Virus record (IMG/VR): IMGVR_UViG_3300022602_002120 | Span: 64,001-128,000 of that record | Direction: 5' to 3' (one strand) | Length of the DNA: 64,000 nt | Origin: a virus | The notes under the pieces: model-generated | What the model was told of the DNA's origin: nothing | Seen by the model: only the letters and a program-made list of their open reading frames with translations | Database searches by the model: none | Translations under genes and position numbers: made by a program | Shown: piece after piece, positions 60,148 to 64,000 of the stretch | Layout: each line of letters starts with the position of its first letter | How positions within the stretch are numbered: the stretch's first letter is position 1

Positions 60148-60538
60148 TTCTATTATCCTCTGGATAGGGCACAGGACGCCATCCTAAACTAGCTAGATCT
60201 GCGCGAATTTCTTCTGTTACTGTGCTTTCACTAACATAACCATGTCTCTCCATATGACGTATATCATACTCAGTATCGTAATCTATACCGCCACCCATAC
60301 CACTACAGTACCAACTTAGGTAATCACCTTTACCCTGTAGATCTGCCACAACACCACCCGCACTGCGCCAAGTTACTGCCCAAAGCTCATTTGTAAGCAC
60401 AGGCCATACTTCACTTTTCTGCCACTGCATATTACACATAGCCGCATACAAGTTCTGCGCATATGAATCAAGCTTGACCTTTTCAAGTATCATATGGCTC
60501 CGAGACATGTCGTCAGCCATATCATGCTTAATCAACAT
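60125..60538 (-). CDS. Hypothetical protein (ATG at 60538 preferred over the GTG at 60577)
   Basis: The ATG at 60538 overlaps the stop region of the upstream 45-aa ORF. Confidence 0.6.
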   Translation of the reverse strand: MLIKHDMADDMSRSHMILEKVKLDSYAQNLYAAMCNMQWQKSEVWPVLTNELWAVTWRSAGGVVADLQGKGDYLSWYCSGMGGGIDYDTEYDIRHMERHGYVSESTVTEEIRADLASLGWRPVPYPEDNRNDLSKSK

Positions 60539-60665
60539 TCTTGTGTTTGCGCTTTCTTGTATACTTGGTACGATCACGTTCTACCTTAGCTTTAAATGGC
60601 AAATCCTTGTTAAACAATGCCTGATGTCTACGTATATTCATTTTAATTTTCTTGGTATTTTTCAT
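60528..60665 (-). CDS. ArfA-like (alternative ribosome rescue factor-like) 45-aa basic protein (not in the ORF track)
   Basis: MKNTKKIKMNIRRHQALFNKDLPFKAKVERDRTKYTRKRKHKNVD; aligns by eye with the E. coli ArfA core; lies directly after a consensus promoter. Confidence 0.6.
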   Translation of the reverse strand: MKNTKKIKMNIRRHQALFNKDLPFKAKVERDRTKYTRKRKHKNVD

Positions 60666-60672
60666 TGTAGTA

Positions 60673-60701
60673 ATTATACAGTCAATGAATCAAAATGTCA
60701 A
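60673..60701 (-). promoter_or_regulatory. Perfect sigma70 promoter TTGACA-N17-TATAAT
   Basis: -35 at 60701-60696 (contains the TGA stop of the upstream gene), -10 at 60678-60673; 7 nt to the ATG at 60665. Confidence 0.85.
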
Positions 60702-61159
60702 GCGTAAGCGCCAGACCCACCATCGTCGGCATAGCCGTAACTGTGATCCATTTCTTCGTCATCATCGTCATCTTCGATGATTTCGTGCTCGCTGCCTAAC
60801 TTACCCGTGACTAACTTACCAGTTTTAATAGTCTTCATTAGATGCTTCTTACGTTCCGCATCTTCCTTGGCTGTGCGCTTTGTATTATTAGTAAGTTTAA
60901 GTGTCTCGTCATACTTGCGAGCCCACTCAATACCTTGTAGCCAATGATCAATAGCTTCAATAGTACCACTGAAGAAATAAGTGTCACGACTATAGTGCGG
61001 AAAGTGATCGTCCTTGGGCTTTACGTAAATATCACTAGTACTACCAATGCTGATCCATGCGCTGGTATTGTAAGGCGTGTCCGCGAACATAAACCCAAGT
61101 TGGTTAGCTTTGGCTTCTACGCTCTTCATACGCTGCATGTCGTTCCATGTTAATGCCAT
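60698..61159 (-). CDS. Hypothetical protein with acidic C-terminus
   Basis: 153-aa ORF; EDDDDDEEM near the end. Confidence 0.6.
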   Translation of the reverse strand: MALTWNDMQRMKSVEAKANQLGFMFADTPYNTSAWISIGSTSDIYVKPKDDHFPHYSRDTYFFSGTIEAIDHWLQGIEWARKYDETLKLTNNTKRTAKEDAERKKHLMKTIKTGKLVTGKLGSEHEIIEDDDDDEEMDHSYGYADDGGSGAYA

Positions 61160-61389
61160 TATACTACCTTTCCTAATACAGTGCTGATTAATTCATCTAC
61201 TAGATGATCATAAGGTTGCCCACGAACGTGTTTGGCCATGTAGATATCTTGTACTATCTCGTTACCATTTGGACCAGACCACATAGAGCCAGTGGTAGAC
61301 TTACGCTTCTTAAGTTCTTCAACTAGATCCTCAGTTTCAAAGTCATCTAGGTCAACCCAAACTTCTTCTTCAACGGTTACGTATGGCAT
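61159..61389 (-). CDS. Hypothetical protein
   Basis: 76-aa ORF with TAATG overlaps. Confidence 0.65.
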   Translation of the reverse strand: MPYVTVEEEVWVDLDDFETEDLVEELKKRKSTTGSMWSGPNGNEIVQDIYMAKHVRGQPYDHLVDELISTVLGKVV

Positions 61390-61883
61390 TATTTCTTCTC
61401 CAATTCTTTTAAAAAGTCTTCTGCTAAAGCCGTGCTAGCACTTGAACCTTTATAGCCAGAATCATCACCAGCAGACCACTTCTTAATATCACCCCAATCT
61501 GTTGAACTTGACCAACTTGGACCCCACATAGGCGTTGGTTTAGTTGGATCGTTGGGATTGACCCACGGTGTAGTTGGTGGTTGGTATGGCGGAGTAAATG
61601 GCTCAACTTTTTGTTTTTGTTGATTCCACTGTATCTTACGCATATCATCTTCTAAACTACTTAAACGGCGTGCTAGATTGTGATAGTCTTCAAACACACG
61701 TGCTAGCGGACCGTTCTTTAGCATTTGATCAGGATGTTCCGCTGTACACAGCACAGTTATAGTCATTAACGCACGTAAGGCGTCCTTAATGCGTTGATCG
61801 TCTGACTCAAGTGCTTGGTCAATAATGCTTACAATCTGTTCAAGATCGAAGTCTTTTTGGTCTTTCATTCTGCCTGTGCTCAT
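61389..61883 (-). CDS. Hypothetical protein
   Basis: 164-aa ORF with a P/W-rich C-terminal segment. Confidence 0.6.
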   Translation of the reverse strand: MSTGRMKDQKDFDLEQIVSIIDQALESDDQRIKDALRALMTITVLCTAEHPDQMLKNGPLARVFEDYHNLARRLSSLEDDMRKIQWNQQKQKVEPFTPPYQPPTTPWVNPNDPTKPTPMWGPSWSSSTDWGDIKKWSAGDDSGYKGSSASTALAEDFLKELEKK

Positions 61884-61886
61884 AGT

Positions 61887-62126
61887 TTAGTGCCTCGTAT
61901 TGCCTGCTGTTAAAATTGGTAGTAGTTCTAGTACTTCTTCGTCGATGTCTTCGAATTCATCAACTGGTATAGCACGTTCTGCCAATTCACCACTGGCAGC
62001 CATCTCTTGAATTGTAGCCACAAGCTCATCTAACTCTTCTTGTGTGCCTTCAAAATCATCAAAGCAACCTTCAGCAAAGGTAACTTTCATTGGTTTGTTT
62101 TCATCATTGTTATCTTGTTCGCTCAT
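61887..62126 (-). CDS. Hypothetical acidic protein
   Basis: 79-aa D/E-rich ORF. Confidence 0.6.
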   Translation of the reverse strand: MSEQDNNDENKPMKVTFAEGCFDDFEGTQEELDELVATIQEMAASGELAERAIPVDEFEDIDEEVLELLPILTAGNTRH

Positions 62127-62305
62127 TTTGCCTCCATGTCGTTAAGTACACCTTGTAAAAACTGCTCAATCTCTTTAGCTAACGGGTTATTAGCTTTACG
62201 TAGCTCTTGTTCTGCTTGCGCTAGGAACATACAAGCTACTCTAAATTGTAAACTACTACTCCTCGGATCCATCGCTGGCATAATTGTCCTCTTGTAAAAA
62301 TTCAC
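62123..62305 (-). CDS. Hypothetical protein
   Basis: 60-aa ORF with an ATGA overlap. Confidence 0.5.
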   Translation of the reverse strand: MNFYKRTIMPAMDPRSSSLQFRVACMFLAQAEQELRKANNPLAKEIEQFLQGVLNDMEAK

Positions 62306-62474
62306 GTAATGGTGTTACCAGTAACGGCAAACACAACAAACCAATCCAGGCAAACTGCGCTACTGTAAACCATATAGACTTATAATTAACAGTAGCTAAT
62401 AAAACCACAGCTACTTCGAAATAGAATAAAGTAGACCAAAATAACCAAAGTTCAAATGGTTTAAACTTTATCAT
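62256..62474 (-). CDS. Hypothetical membrane protein (two hydrophobic segments)
   Basis: LWLFWSTLFYFEVAVVLLA and IWFTVAQFAWIGLLCLPLLV. Confidence 0.55.
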   Translation of the reverse strand: MIKFKPFELWLFWSTLFYFEVAVVLLATVNYKSIWFTVAQFAWIGLLCLPLLVTPLREFLQEDNYASDGSEE

Positions 62475-62769
62475 ATTGATCCTCTGCTAGCTTATTAAAA
62501 AGGTTAAGGGCAACGGCTGTTTCTTTAACCTTCTCGACACCTGCCAATACTTCTTGTAATTGTTTGATGGTTTGGTTCAAATGTTTCCCATCTAAATTAC
62601 GCACCCAGAGTGAGGCTTTGATAATACGAGCAAGGTCGATTTCTTCCCCAACTTTAATATCGTCGGAGTCGATATCGTACGCATGTTCTAAACCAACCAT
62701 TAGAGCAAGTTCATCGCGACTTAATTCGCAGAAGAACTTGTTCTCGTCTACCTTAGCAATAATTTTCAT
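62461..62769 (-). CDS. Hypothetical protein
   Basis: 102-aa ORF; TAATG overlap with the upstream gene. Confidence 0.55.
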   Translation of the reverse strand: MKIIAKVDENKFFCELSRDELALMVGLEHAYDIDSDDIKVGEEIDLARIIKASLWVRNLDGKHLNQTIKQLQEVLAGVEKVKETAVALNLFNKLAEDQYDKV

Positions 62770-64000
62770 TATGCGTATGCTTTCTTTTTCTCAAATTCAT
62801 AGTAAGCAGTAATACCAAATGTTGCTTCTTCTTTGTTACCACCGTGTACTACAAACAGTGTGTCGCAGTAGTCTGGATCACCCCAACTGTCGCCGTAGTA
62901 ACCATCTGTAAACATCACAAACTTTTTAGGAACAATGTCGTTATCACGCATGTATTCCCAGTTACACATAAACATAGTACCGCCACCGCCACCTGGTTCC
63001 CATTCCATGATGTCATCTAAGTTTTCAGGAGTGAACACTTGTGCGTTATACACACTAGTATCAAATGACCAAAGGTGTAAACGGAAACTTGTGTAAATTT
63101 CCATAATACCTTTAATTTCACTTAGAATATCACGCAACATTTCATCTGTCATAGAACCTGATGCGTCAATTGACACACAGATATCAATTTCTTTGTCAAA
63201 GTCGCTACCTGGCATAACAGCATCCATGTCCCAACCTTTACGTGACGCACGTTGCCATGTGTAGTCTGTACGCATTGTGCTTTGGATTTGTTGCTGTAAC
63301 AAACTACGCCAATCTAGTTGAGGCGCTGTAAGATCTTTAATTAATCTACGTACACCTGCTGGCAATTGACCTGCTTGGCAAGTCTGAGCCGCAGCCATCA
63401 TAGCTTCTTTGATCTCGTCACGGATCTGTTTCTTTTCTTCTTCAGAAAGTTTAGGACGACCTTTGCCATCTTTGTCGCTAGGTGTGCTACCACCATCTTC
63501 ATCACCATCGCCGTCGCTGTCACCTTCACCGTCTAAGTGTTCGTCGATTAGCATTTTTTCTAAGTCATCAATGCTGATTTTCTTAGCATTTTTCATTAGG
63601 TCATCATATACTTCTTCAGCTGACCAACCTTTATATTTGCTATCAAACAATCCAACAGGAATCTTTTCACCAATGCGTTGATCCAACAAGTCTTGATTTA
63701 CACAGTAATCGTCGGCAATATTCCAAATACGTGGGTCACGTTCACCTCTACGTCCCATGTGGTCGTATACACAGTGTAGTACCTCATGCCCCATTAAAAA
63801 TTCTACTTGTTTACTAGGCATTTTGTTAATAAATTCACTGTTATAGTAAAACATACGCCCGTCAGTAGCCGCAGTAGGACACCATTCATCTGCGTTTACT
63901 AATTTTAAACGTGTTGCTAGGTTACCAAAAAATGGCGCCTTAAGTAATAGCGCAATTCTAGCAGTAATAAGTTTTTCACGTACTTTAGCATCAGTTTGTG
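62769..64000 (-). CDS. DUF2201-type metallopeptidase plus VWA-like domain protein, 5'-truncated by the window edge
   Basis: The frame is open to the window end (..APFFGNLATRL..TAATDGRM). It has HEVLH (HExxH), an acidic linker, and a MIDAS-like VSIDASGS plus GGGGT. Confidence 0.8.
   Translation of the reverse strand, partial: QTDAKVREKLITARIALLLKAPFFGNLATRLKLVNADEWCPTAATDGRMFYYNSEFINKMPSKQVEFLMGHEVLHCVYDHMGRRGERDPRIWNIADDYCVNQDLLDQRIGEKIPVGLFDSKYKGWSAEEVYDDLMKNAKKISIDDLEKMLIDEHLDGEGDSDGDGDEDGGSTPSDKDGKGRPKLSEEEKKQIRDEIKEAMMAAAQTCQAGQLPAGVRRLIKDLTAPQLDWRSLLQQQIQSTMRTDYTWQRASRKGWDMDAVMPGSDFDKEIDICVSIDASGSMTDEMLRDILSEIKGIMEIYTSFRLHLWSFDTSVYNAQVFTPENLDDIMEWEPGGGGGTMFMCNWEYMRDNDIVPKKFVMFTDGYYGDSWGDPDYCDTLFVVHGGNKEEATFGITAYYEFEKKKAYA

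Noticed and set aside
105-63681. Short ORFs in the track that lie antisense to or nested in long genes (e.g. 3489-3935, 19895-20185, 28079-28396, 43666-43971, 63409-63681)
   Set aside because: They lie within well-supported genes, lack motifs and start signals, and are expected shadow ORFs.
1-64000. Stop-codon recoding (code 15 or 4), as in some jumbo phages
   Set aside because: Very long ORFs are intact under code 11, and TAG and TGA end genes at tight junctions (e.g. 22172, 56725, 60698).
1-64000. tRNA genes, CRISPR arrays, introns, inteins and homing endonucleases
   Set aside because: Intergenic gaps are too short for tRNAs or arrays, and I saw no direct-repeat arrays or splicing motifs by eye. 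tRNAscan-SE and intein HMMs were not run.

Overview
This window looks like 64 kb of a large, AT-rich myovirus (jumbo or T4-like contractile-tailed phage) genome, read with the standard code. Taxonomy and host cannot be assigned from the sequence alone. It has three blocks. (1) 1-29375 (+): baseplate and tail module, with a gp5-like hub carrying a C-terminal lysozyme-like domain, gp25- and gp6-like wedge proteins, a 4567-aa structural protein with seven FG-GAP repeats, three paralogous fibres, and a gp38-like adhesin. (2) 29423-52505 (+): about 23 kb of 27 overlapping or abutting genes. These encode five radical SAM enzymes with N-terminal Cys-rich (twitch/SPASM-like) domains, eight SGNH-like proteins, seven glycosyltransferase-like proteins, a NodU/CmcH carbamoyltransferase, an APS-kinase-like protein and dCMP deaminase. 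A DegT aminotransferase and an NDP-sugar epimerase converge on this block from the minus strand. This is the best candidate for an undescribed phage biosynthetic or modification system. (3) 52486-64000 (-): thyA, folA, many small ORFs, a ninth SGNH paralog and a DUF2201/VWA-type protein. It also holds an unannotated 45-aa ORF resembling the ribosome-rescue factor ArfA, behind a perfect sigma70 promoter. All family calls come from motifs recognised by eye; no database searches were run.
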